A DNA stretch of 64,000 bases from an uncultured Thermoleophilia bacterium (GCA_963823355.1 CAWGLG010000004.1:75656-139655), one strand, 5' to 3'. Counted from the stretch's first letter, positions 46,389 through 55,525 are shown. Notes: generated from the sequence alone by a model not told the origin. Made by a program: numbers and translations.

Positions 46389-46556
46389 CTAAATCCGAAG
46401 TACGAAATTCAAAATCCGAAACAATAACAAATGACAAAAATTCAAATGATCCAACCAAGCAGGGTTCAGTTCGCGGCTATTGGTTGTGTTTTAGCCATTC
46501 ACGTATTCGATATTCGGATTTGTTTCGAATTTAAAGATTCGAATTTCGGATTTAAC
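46389..46556. repeat. imperfect long inverted repeat built from AAATCCGAA-type units
   Basis: Left arm CTAAATCCGAAGTACGAAATTCAAAATCCGAAACAA, right arm TTGTTTCGAATTTAAAGATTCGAATTTCGGATTTAAC. The ends (TAAATCCGAA, CGAAACAA) are complementary; the middles only partly so. Confidence 0.5.
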
Positions 46557-46588
46557 ATGACCAGAAGCAAATAATCCCCTTTTAGGGT

Positions 46589-47410
46589 TTAAATCAAAGC
46601 CCGGTTCTCAGGGCCCACGATCGGATTGCGCAGTATTCCGATCCCATCTATCACAGACTCCAGCATGTCCCCGGGTTTTAGATATACCGCGGGATCCCGG
46701 GTGTATCCGACACCGCTGGGGGTTCCAGTCAAGATGACAGTTCCCGGCAGGAGGGTCATATCGGTGGAAAGATAACTGATGAGTTCGGCCACCGGGAATA
46801 TCATATCGGATGTATGGGCATCCTGCATGCTGTTGCCGTTGAGGATACATTTCAGCTGCAAAGACTGGGGGTCCGGGATTTCATCAGGGGTAACCAGGAT
46901 TGGACCCAGCGGGCAGAAGGTGTCGAAACTCTTCCCGCGGATCCATTGGCCCGAACCGGCGTGTGCCTGCCATCGTCTTGCTGAAATATCGTTTGCAATG
47001 GTATACCCCAGCACATATTGCAATGCGCTCTCTTTGGATACATTTTTGGCCGCTTTGCCGATTACAACCGCCAATTCCACTTCGTAATCGACTTGAGGGG
47101 GATCCATGCAAGTGGCCGGTATAACGACAGGGTCGTCGGGGTGGGTCAGCGTAGCGGGGTTTTTCATGAATAAAGCCGGATATTGAGGAATTTTAAAACC
47201 GGTTTCCTCCGCATGCTGCCGGTAGTTCAGCCCGATGCAAAGGATTGCCTTTGGTTCCAGGGGCGCCAGCAACTTCTTTACCCGCACCTGACGTCCGGTT
47301 TCCTTGGGGCTGTCAAACAAACGTCCTTCCAGCAAATCGGCAATCCCTCCCCGATAATTTTGCCCGAGGCAGATCTGATCTTTTTCATCTAAAAATCGAA
47401 CAATTCGCAT
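46589..47410 (-). CDS. fumarylacetoacetate hydrolase (FAH) family protein
   Basis: 273 aa with CIGLNYRQHAEE, DYEVELAVVIGK and GTPSGVG. Confidence 0.85.
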   Translation of the reverse strand: MRIVRFLDEKDQICLGQNYRGGIADLLEGRLFDSPKETGRQVRVKKLLAPLEPKAILCIGLNYRQHAEETGFKIPQYPALFMKNPATLTHPDDPVVIPATCMDPPQVDYEVELAVVIGKAAKNVSKESALQYVLGYTIANDISARRWQAHAGSGQWIRGKSFDTFCPLGPILVTPDEIPDPQSLQLKCILNGNSMQDAHTSDMIFPVAELISYLSTDMTLLPGTVILTGTPSGVGYTRDPAVYLKPGDMLESVIDGIGILRNPIVGPENRALI

Positions 47411-47432
47411 GGGGTTGTCCTTTCAAGAGGAT

Positions 47433-48671
47433 TTACAAACGATAAACGGTTGGCTTTTCTTCAGCGTCGATATCTATTCCAATGGTGTCCCCGGTTTTAA
47501 ACCCGATTCTAAGGATCTCCTTGATGACAAAGTCATGTCGGTCCGCATACCAATAGACGGACCACAGCGGATTTCGCACCGTATCGACACCGTAGGCTGA
47601 ATGAGTACCCAGATTAAATCGGATTCTATCTTTGGCGATAAGGGTATCAGCCTCGGAAAGAAAATAGTCTCTTTTATACAAATTGTTGTGAAGTGCTCTG
47701 GAAAGCTGTTTTTGAATATCCGGCGTGTCATCAAGATAATGATTTGCGATCTGGAAAAGATCTTCCGGCACCTGAATCGAGATGCCTAAAATGCCAAAGC
47801 GTTCATTGCGCAATGCAAAGGTTTCCATCTCATCATCATATGACGAAATTATTCCGAGAATATCATCGATGGTAGTGCCCGGTCCTTCGCTTCTCAGAAC
47901 CAGGTCTTCGCATTTCGAGATAATATCGAGATAGACGGATTTGCTGTTCATTACAAATATCGGCCGTTCACGGTAACTTCGTCTTTTTCGGATTCTGCGA
48001 AGACCGTCCAGCCGAATGGACCTTTCACTTTCCTTTTGTATCAGCGTGTCGATATGAGAAATGTCCTTGGCTTGAACGACAAAAATTTCACCTTCCTCAG
48101 AAATAATATATTCAATTTCACACCGGAAACCCAGATAGCTCTGAATATCTTCCGATATCTGCAACAGTTTACGGTCATGGGGTGTTTGAGTGACATAGGG
48201 ATCTTTCTGAACTTGCTGCGTTCGGCTAAAACTGTAACCGAATTCCCACTGTTTCCCCAATTTTTTGGTCATTACGTTGATGCCGTCAATGAACGGCATC
48301 ACGATGACACCCATTTCGTCCAGGTTGATATCCGGGGCGTTATTGAACTTTTGCTGCCTGAGGATCGTCAGCCTTCTTGAATTCTTCGCACTGGTAATTA
48401 TCCGTTTTCGGGCATATTTAATCCCGCCGACATCGGCATATGTTTCCAGCGAGTCGAATGTCCCCCCTTTGTAAAATTCTTCCTGTGGGTGACCGCTTCG
48501 TGCAATTACCTTAAAACTTTCGCGGTGATTGCTTATAAAAGATTCTAAGGCCTTAAAATTTTCACTCCTGAAATCGTCCGCAGGGACATAAATAAAGTCC
48601 GGTACATTAAAGTTTCCTTTTTTCAGTCTATCTAGGAGTCTGGCTTTTTCCGGCAACGCAGGTTTATTCAT
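47433..48671 (-). CDS. hypothetical protein with N-terminal PEP/pyruvate-binding (PPDK_N, ATP-grasp-like) domain
   Basis: 412 aa. The N-terminal ~200 aa follows the PPDK_N pattern (NVPDFIYVPADDF; VIARSGHPQEEFYKGGTFDSL; MGVIVMPFIDGINVM; IFVVQAKDI). The C-terminal ~200 aa was not recognised. Confidence 0.6.
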   Translation of the reverse strand: MNKPALPEKARLLDRLKKGNFNVPDFIYVPADDFRSENFKALESFISNHRESFKVIARSGHPQEEFYKGGTFDSLETYADVGGIKYARKRIITSAKNSRRLTILRQQKFNNAPDINLDEMGVIVMPFIDGINVMTKKLGKQWEFGYSFSRTQQVQKDPYVTQTPHDRKLLQISEDIQSYLGFRCEIEYIISEEGEIFVVQAKDISHIDTLIQKESERSIRLDGLRRIRKRRSYRERPIFVMNSKSVYLDIISKCEDLVLRSEGPGTTIDDILGIISSYDDEMETFALRNERFGILGISIQVPEDLFQIANHYLDDTPDIQKQLSRALHNNLYKRDYFLSEADTLIAKDRIRFNLGTHSAYGVDTVRNPLWSVYWYADRHDFVIKEILRIGFKTGDTIGIDIDAEEKPTVYRL

Positions 48672-48793
48672 TTTAACATATTGTTATCATTATTTTTTTT
48701 ATTTGCATAAGACTCAAAACTATCGCAAATATAATACACAACCTGGGGGCTGTCATCCCGGCATGTCGCCTGGTACATCTGAAAATACCGGTT

Positions 48794-49687
48794 TCAACCG
48801 GCGCCTTTTCGTTTCATATATATCTCGAGGCGTCCGATGGTCAGCGAAAGGCTCAATGTCAGGGACAGATAGAGTAGTGAAATCGTAATCCAGACTTCAA
48901 ATGTCAGATAGGTGGCCGACATCAGCTCGATCCCCTGAAACGTTAGTTCCTGAATTGAAATAACCGAAACAATGGCTGAATCCTTGATGGTTGAAATAAA
49001 CTGTCCTGCCAGGGGGGGGAGGATCCGCTGGACAGCCTGGGGAAAAATGATGTGGCGCAATTGCTGCTTCCTCGAAAAGCCGAGGGCCGATGATACCTCC
49101 CACTGACCTTTTTCAATGGATTGGATGCCGGCTCGGACAATTTCCGTGATATATGCCCCTTCAAAAACAGCCAGGGTGACGAGGGCTGACAGAAATGCGG
49201 GAAACTGTGATGCCGGCGCAAAGAGAAAAGCTAAAATGGTTTTGGTGCTTTCCGACCGGGTATGAATAAATTCTTCCACGCTGAGTACCGGCATGATCTG
49301 ATCGCTGATAAAAAAATAAAATATAAAAATGAGAACCAGCGGGGGAAGGTTCCGGATCAATTCCACATAGGTACCTCCGACCAGGCGCCTGAAAAGGCGG
49401 CGACTCAGCCGGAACAACCCCATCATGGTACCCAGCAGTGTTGCCAGAATAGTTCCCCAGAAACTCAGGCGGATGGTCGTAAAAAAACCCTGCATCAGCA
49501 AATTCGGCAGCCAGCTTTTTTGCTGCGGATCATACCGGAAAAGATACTGGGGTATGGTTGACCAATTCCATTTATAATTGAGCCCGACATTAATGCGGTA
49601 AAGCAGGTACAGCCCAATCCCCACGAAGAGAATGGCCAGCACGGCGTCCAGAGGGGTCAAGGCTTTTTTTGTTTTTAAAGGCGGCAT
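48794..49687 (-). CDS. amino acid ABC transporter permease (HisM/GlnP-type)
   Basis: 297 aa, polytopic, with an EAA-loop-type region (EVSSALGFSRKQQLRHIIFPQAV). Confidence 0.85.
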   Translation of the reverse strand: MPPLKTKKALTPLDAVLAILFVGIGLYLLYRINVGLNYKWNWSTIPQYLFRYDPQQKSWLPNLLMQGFFTTIRLSFWGTILATLLGTMMGLFRLSRRLFRRLVGGTYVELIRNLPPLVLIFIFYFFISDQIMPVLSVEEFIHTRSESTKTILAFLFAPASQFPAFLSALVTLAVFEGAYITEIVRAGIQSIEKGQWEVSSALGFSRKQQLRHIIFPQAVQRILPPLAGQFISTIKDSAIVSVISIQELTFQGIELMSATYLTFEVWITISLLYLSLTLSLSLTIGRLEIYMKRKGAG

Positions 49688-50523
49688 TATTGGATCTGGT
49701 TTTCCCAGTCCCGGGTTTCGAACCAGTAATGCTTGCGCTCCTGCAGCCAGCCGTCGGCCCTGACGAACGTTATCCAGTTGTTCAGATAGTTAATGGTGTC
49801 GAAATCCCCTTTTCTGACGGCAAACCCGATGGGCTCTTTGGTAAAGGTTTCCGCTAACGGCAGAAAGAGCTTGTCGGGATATTTCAGCGCCCATTCAGCC
49901 GGTTTGGGGGCAGAGCCGACAACCGCATGCGCTTTGCCGTTGAGCAGTTCCTGGTAGGTCTGGGCCTCGTCGTCGAAAAAACGCAGCTGGGCCTTTGGCA
50001 TGAATTTCTGTGCGGCCGGAACCGCGGTAGACCCCAGCCGGATGGAAAGGATCACGTCCGGTCTGTTAAAATCGTTTAAGCTGTTGAACCCGGCGGCCAG
50101 GCTTTTATGGGCCACCATTGACATGCCGGTATAATCATAAGGGATACTGAAATTGACCTTCAGATTTCGGCTCGGTAAAATTCCCATACCCCCGATAATG
50201 ACATCAAACTTGCCGGTCAGCAGCGACGGAATGATTCCGGCCCATTTGGTTGGAACAAATTGAACCGAAACGCCCATATCTTTCGCCAAACGCGTGGCCA
50301 CATCGATTTCAAAACCGATCAGTTTGCCGGTTTTATCTTTCATGGCCCAGGGAACAAATGTGGACATGCCGACTTTTAAGGAGCCGCGTTTGAGCGCCTG
50401 CTCAATGGTACTTTCAGCGGTTAGTTGTTGCTGGGTTTCTCCGGTAAAGGCCACGTCGGCAAGTCCAATCATGAGTAGCGTGATCCATACTGTTTGGATG
50501 ACGGACAATCTCATTAGTTTCAT
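49687..50523 (-). CDS. amino acid ABC transporter substrate-binding protein (family 3)
   Basis: ATG at 50523 after AAGGAG. Signal peptide, then LKVGMSTFVPWAMKD...GFEIDVA typical of family-3 SBPs. Confidence 0.85.
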   Translation of the reverse strand: MKLMRLSVIQTVWITLLMIGLADVAFTGETQQQLTAESTIEQALKRGSLKVGMSTFVPWAMKDKTGKLIGFEIDVATRLAKDMGVSVQFVPTKWAGIIPSLLTGKFDVIIGGMGILPSRNLKVNFSIPYDYTGMSMVAHKSLAAGFNSLNDFNRPDVILSIRLGSTAVPAAQKFMPKAQLRFFDDEAQTYQELLNGKAHAVVGSAPKPAEWALKYPDKLFLPLAETFTKEPIGFAVRKGDFDTINYLNNWITFVRADGWLQERKHYWFETRDWENQIQ

Positions 50524-50574
50524 CTTCGGTCTCCTTTCATTTTGTTTGCGATCCATTAAGGTATACCTTTTTAG

Positions 50575-51405
50575 TTATTGGTTCAGTTTGAGGCGATTTG
50601 CCATGAAGCTGACCATCAGCGATAAGAATGTCGTAATCAGCAGATAGACAGCGGCAATGGAAAACCAGATTTCAAAGGTCAAAAAGGTTTCGGCAATGAT
50701 CGCCTGCCCCCGCATGGTCAGGTCGTAGATTGCAATGGTGCTGACCAAGGCGGAATCTTTGATTAGCGAGATGGCCTGCCCGGTCAGGGGCGGCAGTATC
50801 CACCGGATTGCTTGGGGAAGAATAATATGTCTGTAAGTCAGATAGTTGCCGAGTCCCAGGCTAAAAGCCGCTTCCCATTGGCCTTTTGAAATGGATACAA
50901 TACCGGCCCGGAAAATTTCCGAAGCATAAGCGCCCTCAAAAAGGCTTAACGCCAATACCGCAGCCGTAAAGCGATCGATATCAAGGACCGGACCCAGAAC
51001 GAAGTAGATAAAAAAAAGTTGCACCAGAAGGGGGGTATTACGAATCAGTTCAATGTACCCTCTGGCAAGGGAGCGCGCCATAAAAGAGTTCGACAAGCGG
51101 AATAACGCAGCGATCAGGCCAAATGAAAAAGAAAGCAGCAGACTGACGCCGGTGATTTTAAATGTCACCATCAGCCCCATGATCAGCGGTCCGGCGACGA
51201 TTCCGTCCTCTTTGAAATAAAAAAAATATTGAAGGACACGATACCACTGCCAGTTGTAACCCAGCCTGTCGGTGCCGCGCGCTAAAAACCAGATGACAGC
51301 CCCCATCAACAGTACGAATTTGATGATGTCAAACAGGTTCACTAGAACAGCGCGTCTTGGCCTGGTAAAAACGTTTTTCAAAACTTTAGGATATAGTACC
51401 GGCAT
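50575..51405 (-). CDS. amino acid ABC transporter permease (HisM/GlnP-type)
   Basis: 276 aa with an EAA-type loop (EAAFSLGLGNYLTYRHIILPQAI). Confidence 0.85.
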   Translation of the reverse strand: MPVLYPKVLKNVFTRPRRAVLVNLFDIIKFVLLMGAVIWFLARGTDRLGYNWQWYRVLQYFFYFKEDGIVAGPLIMGLMVTFKITGVSLLLSFSFGLIAALFRLSNSFMARSLARGYIELIRNTPLLVQLFFIYFVLGPVLDIDRFTAAVLALSLFEGAYASEIFRAGIVSISKGQWEAAFSLGLGNYLTYRHIILPQAIRWILPPLTGQAISLIKDSALVSTIAIYDLTMRGQAIIAETFLTFEIWFSIAAVYLLITTFLSLMVSFMANRLKLNQ

Positions 51406-51468
51406 ATTCTCGCTAAAAGTGGATAGTTCTTAAATAAGGTCTCTTGACGCTCCGCACCTCTCCCCCAA

Positions 51469-52833
51469 TTATTCCTTACAAACACCTTTGGCAAAGTAAA
51501 AACTGCTGAAATCATTAGAGGAGACAAAGCCCATCTCCATGTTGACGTACCAAGCGGCGGTAAAGGAGCGTCTGTCGCAGCTCCACAGCCATTTCTGTTT
51601 TTGATCGAATACCGGTTGGATGCAAAGATCTTCACCATGCGGCGTTTGAGAGACCAGCGTCAACAATTCATCTATCGTAGGAAGTCGCCAGTTGTCATGC
51701 CCGGCAAAATTTTTGCTATTCAAGGTTTTGACATACGAACCGGCGTTATCCCAGTTGACGGGAAATATCGAACCGGCCGTTTGCCAAATCAGGCCGCTCG
51801 ACAGGTCCTGAACCGTTTCGTCAGATCGTATTTCAAATTTGTTTTTTACAAAGCATAAGGGGCGCCAGAGGCTGTCAAGCCTAAATGTAGTCATTGAATT
51901 ATCAGGTGCAACCTTGACGGGGCGACTTCTCACGGGCAGTGTTCGGGTTTCATCGTCACAACTATTCGGTATTTCAGCATTTTCGTTTTTTGATAGAGGT
52001 AGGGCGCATATCTTTTCCTTTTTTTTGTGCCAGTCTGATTCGAGGGTTGCAAGGGCCGCAAGCATTTCAGCAGCGTTGCTAAAACGGTGACGACTTCGGG
52101 GTGCAATGGCTTTCAGAATAAAAGAATCCCATTTTTCATCAAGGTCCGGGTTGTACTTGCCGGTACATTCGGGGGTGTCCTGTGGCAGCCGGCCGGTCAG
52201 CATCCGGTAGAGCATTATCCCGACAGAATAAATGTCGGCGCTGAAATCGACGGCGTCAGGGTCTTCTTCCTGCTCAGGGGCGGCGTACCATGGAGAGCCG
52301 ACTTTAAGATTCGGGGGCCCCTCAAATGATTCACCCCTTAACTTGTGCAGGCCAAAATCGCAAATTTTAACGTGATCCTGTTCGGTGATCAGAATATTAT
52401 ACGGCTTGATGTCACGATGGATAATGTCGGCATGATGCAGACAAGCCAGGCCCTCAAGCGTCTGGCGGATATAATGAATGGCTTTTTCGGTTTTGATGAT
52501 ACGGCTTTCCATTTCGGTTTGATAGGTTTCGCCGATGATGATCCCCAGGTTGTTGCAATAGTAATCCATTGTGTAAAAGAGCTTGCCGTCAGCTTCACCA
52601 AAATCCCATACGTCTACAACATTAGGATGCCGCAGACATGCCATCGTTGCAGCTTCGGTCATGAACATCGCCCGGATCTTTTCAGTTCCGATCAGATCCA
52701 GCAGCAGGGGGTTGGGATCCAGCAGCTTTAAGGCGACGATTTTTCCAATAACCGGGATTTCGACCTTGAAGACTTTGCTCATGCCGCCGCGACCGAGTAA
52801 CCCGCTGACCCTGTATTTATCAATATGTTTCAT
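51469..52833 (-). CDS. Ser/Thr protein kinase fused to a C-terminal DUF1566 (Lcl C-terminal-like) domain
   Basis: Kinase motifs GRGGMSKVFK, VALK, HRDIKPYNILI, DFGL and APE. The C-terminal domain has GLIWQ...WRLPTIDELLTL...WLWS.... Confidence 0.85.
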   Translation of the reverse strand: MKHIDKYRVSGLLGRGGMSKVFKVEIPVIGKIVALKLLDPNPLLLDLIGTEKIRAMFMTEAATMACLRHPNVVDVWDFGEADGKLFYTMDYYCNNLGIIIGETYQTEMESRIIKTEKAIHYIRQTLEGLACLHHADIIHRDIKPYNILITEQDHVKICDFGLHKLRGESFEGPPNLKVGSPWYAAPEQEEDPDAVDFSADIYSVGIMLYRMLTGRLPQDTPECTGKYNPDLDEKWDSFILKAIAPRSRHRFSNAAEMLAALATLESDWHKKKEKICALPLSKNENAEIPNSCDDETRTLPVRSRPVKVAPDNSMTTFRLDSLWRPLCFVKNKFEIRSDETVQDLSSGLIWQTAGSIFPVNWDNAGSYVKTLNSKNFAGHDNWRLPTIDELLTLVSQTPHGEDLCIQPVFDQKQKWLWSCDRRSFTAAWYVNMEMGFVSSNDFSSFYFAKGVCKE

Positions 52834-52847
52834 TTGATTGCCGACCG

Positions 52848-53573
52848 TTATCGGAGCCGGTAAGCGTGTGCTTTCGGGAGCCCCGCAGCGATAATTTTGT
52901 TGACGACCGCTTCAATGTTATAGGGAATATGGCGCACGTCGATCTCATAATTTGTATTGTCCCAAATGATGTATTTGGCGTTATTATCACCATCTCTGGG
53001 CTGGCCGACACTGCCGACGTTGATGATATGCCGCTGTTCGGTTTTGAGCTTAATAACGCCACGTGAAAGCGTTTTATGCAGGACAACACGTCCGTCAAAA
53101 GAAACCATTTCGATAACATGGGTATGTCCCACAAAACAGATCGGTTCAGGCATGATTTCAAAAGTAGAGATGATTTTATCATCCGGGACCTGAAAGAGGT
53201 ATGTGCTGATGGAGTCCGGTGGAAACCCGTGAACCAATCGGCAGTTTTCTAAAACTCTGGCAGCGTCCAGACCGCAGATATACCGGATGGAATCATCGGA
53301 CAGCATTTGAGCTGTCAGTTGCAGGGATCGGCGGGCAGGAGGATTGAAAAATTCCAAAACTTTTGGATTTTTCACCCCCAGCTCGTGGTTGCCCATAACA
53401 GTAGGAATTTCAAGGTCCTGAATCTGTTGAACGACCGCTTCGGGTTCAGGACCGTAACCCACCATGTCCCCCAGGCAGAAAATGCCATCAACATTGGACC
53501 GGCCAATATCATCCAATACCTGGCGAAAAGATTCCATGTTGCCATGAATATCTGAAATAACGGCAAATCTCAT
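52848..53573 (-). CDS. metallophosphoesterase (calcineurin-like; possible protein phosphatase partner)
   Basis: 241 aa with ISDIHGN, CLGDMVGYG, GNHE and GHTH motifs. Lies 14 nt upstream of the kinase gene. Confidence 0.85.
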   Translation of the reverse strand: MRFAVISDIHGNMESFRQVLDDIGRSNVDGIFCLGDMVGYGPEPEAVVQQIQDLEIPTVMGNHELGVKNPKVLEFFNPPARRSLQLTAQMLSDDSIRYICGLDAARVLENCRLVHGFPPDSISTYLFQVPDDKIISTFEIMPEPICFVGHTHVIEMVSFDGRVVLHKTLSRGVIKLKTEQRHIINVGSVGQPRDGDNNAKYIIWDNTNYEIDVRHIPYNIEAVVNKIIAAGLPKAHAYRLR

Positions 53574-53628
53574 TATTTTGATAACTTATAACAAGTTGAG
53601 CGAAATAAAAAGATTAAAATTTTAAATA

Positions 53629-53720
53629 GCGAATTGAATTCGCAATACTTTAGAAAAAAAACTGTTGACAAGATCCTATATCATATATCATATATCAAAA
53701 AGTACATACATTGTGGTATG
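53629..53720. promoter_or_regulatory. divergent control region: palindromes, TTGACA box and tandem TATATCA repeats
   Basis: GCGAATT-G-AATTCGC (53629-43), TTGACA (53665-70), three tandem TATATCA units (~53677-97) and the CATAC-ATTGTG-GTATG inverted repeat (~53705-20). All lie upstream of the GntR gene. Confidence 0.4.
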
Positions 53721-53819
53721 CAGCTAACTCTTTAGCCCGAAATAGAATTCCATTTCCATGCGGATCAGTTGGCCTTTTTGGAACCCTTTTTCGATCAATA
53801 AACAGAAGAATTAAAATAA

Positions 53820-54470
53820 ATGGGTCTGCAGTTTAAAACAAAGACCGAGATTGTTCAGACAAAGCTGCACCAGAATATTGTCGCCGGGAAATTGAGACCG
53901 GGCCAGAGAATTATCATTTCCGAACTGGCCAAAGAATTCGGTTTCAGTGAAATTCCCATCCGGGAAGCCATCCGATCGCTTGAAACCGCAGGCCTGGTCC
54001 GCTTTACGCCGCATGTCGGGGCAGTTGTCAGCGAGTTCAACGAAACAGAATTTTTAGAAATATACATCATCAGGATAGAATTGGAAGTGCTGGCCACGAG
54101 GCTGACGGTACCCCATCTCACGGAAGCAGATCTTGATTTTCTGGATAAAAATATCGAAAAAACCGAAAAGGCGATCAAGCAAAACAAACTCGATAAAATC
54201 GGTCCATTGAACAAGGAATTTCATCTAGGGATTTATCAGGCGGCGCCTTACCCTTACCTGGTGGGTTTGATAAAAAGTTTATGGGAGAAATTTGAATTGT
54301 CCCAGAGTGTTTTTGCCTATGTTCCGGAAAGAGCCATCGCTTCCTGTCAGGAACATAAAAAAATTATCGAGGCATTGCGGGTAAAAAACGGCGCTTTGGC
54401 AGAAAGATTGGTCAAGGAACAAAAGGAGCGTACCATTCGGGCGTTGAAAGAACGGATGAATACGAGGTGA
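53820..54470 (+). CDS. GntR family transcriptional regulator (FadR/FCD subfamily)
   Basis: 216 aa. N-terminal wHTH (ISELAKEFGFSEIPIREAIRSLETAGLV) plus an all-helical FCD-like C-terminal domain. Confidence 0.85.
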   Translation: MGLQFKTKTEIVQTKLHQNIVAGKLRPGQRIIISELAKEFGFSEIPIREAIRSLETAGLVRFTPHVGAVVSEFNETEFLEIYIIRIELEVLATRLTVPHLTEADLDFLDKNIEKTEKAIKQNKLDKIGPLNKEFHLGIYQAAPYPYLVGLIKSLWEKFELSQSVFAYVPERAIASCQEHKKIIEALRVKNGALAERLVKEQKERTIRALKERMNTR

Positions 54471-55525
54471 ACCCATTGAAAAAGCGTTTGATACTTTGCG
54501 GCTTCGGCAATGTCGGCCGGACATTCGCGCAAATGATTGCGGAACAGAAACAGGCGGTAGCGGATAAATACGGGCTGGAATTGATACTGAAGGCTGTTGT
54601 CGATATCGGAGGGGCCGCTCTATCAAAGGAAGGGGCCTTGCCGGTGGCCCGGTTGCTGTCGCATGTGAAACAAGGCGGTTCGGTGGAAACTTTCGAAAGT
54701 TACGGGCAACCGGGATTGGGCGGGAAAGCGCTGCTGGAATCAGTCGCAGCGGAGACACTGGTGGAAACGACCCCTACCAACCTGGTGGACGCCGAGCCAG
54801 GCAGGGGCCATATGCTGGCGGCCTTAACCAGCGGCAAGGATATCGTTACCGCCAATAAGGGCCCGCTGGTTCTTTTTTACAAGGAAATCATGGATCTGGC
54901 CAGAAAAAAGAGGCGCCACATTTACATGAGCGCGGCCACGGCTGCGGCGTTGCCGACGTTGGATGTGGGGCTGCTATGTCTGGCCGGCGCCAAGGTGCTC
55001 AGCATTGAGGGGATTTTAAACGGAACGACCAATTATATCCTCACGCGGATGTCTACTGAAAAGTGTACCTATGAAGTGGCACTGCAGGCTGCCCAGGAAA
55101 TGGGCATTGCCGAAACCGATCCGAGCCTGGATGTTGAAGGGCTGGACACCCGCAATAAAATGATCCTGATCGCCAATCGGTTGTTTGATAAAAATTTCAG
55201 TCCGGCGGATGTGCCGGTTACAGGAATTACCGGCATTACGCTGGAAGACATAGAAAAGGCCAGAAAAGACGGAACGGTCATCAAGCTGATCGGTGAATGC
55301 CGGATGGAGGATGGAACCGTTCTGCTCGAAGTCGGACCCAAGCGGCTGGGTATGGATCATCCGCTGTCAACCGTTAATTTTTCCGAAAAGGGGATCAGTT
55401 ATCTTTCGGACACCATGGGGCGGGTGACGGTCACCGGCGGCAAAAGCTCTCCGGTGGGTGCTGCGGCCGCACTTCTAAAAGATCTGATACATGCATCACT
55501 GTTTTCAATGGACAGCAGCATTTGA
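54467..55525 (+). CDS. homoserine dehydrogenase family protein (no ACT domain)
   Basis: 352 aa with LCGFGNVGRTF and ILNGTTNYILTRM...AQEMGIAETDPSLDVEGLDTRNKMILIAN. The GTG start overlaps the GntR stop. Confidence 0.75.
   Translation: MNPLKKRLILCGFGNVGRTFAQMIAEQKQAVADKYGLELILKAVVDIGGAALSKEGALPVARLLSHVKQGGSVETFESYGQPGLGGKALLESVAAETLVETTPTNLVDAEPGRGHMLAALTSGKDIVTANKGPLVLFYKEIMDLARKKRRHIYMSAATAAALPTLDVGLLCLAGAKVLSIEGILNGTTNYILTRMSTEKCTYEVALQAAQEMGIAETDPSLDVEGLDTRNKMILIANRLFDKNFSPADVPVTGITGITLEDIEKARKDGTVIKLIGECRMEDGTVLLEVGPKRLGMDHPLSTVNFSEKGISYLSDTMGRVTVTGGKSSPVGAAAALLKDLIHASLFSMDSSI

Noticed and set aside
53677-53697. The tandem TATATCA x3 as a possible CRISPR or minisatellite.
   Set aside because: It is only 21 nt, has no spacers and sits in a promoter region. 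It is treated as a regulatory or low-complexity motif, not an array.
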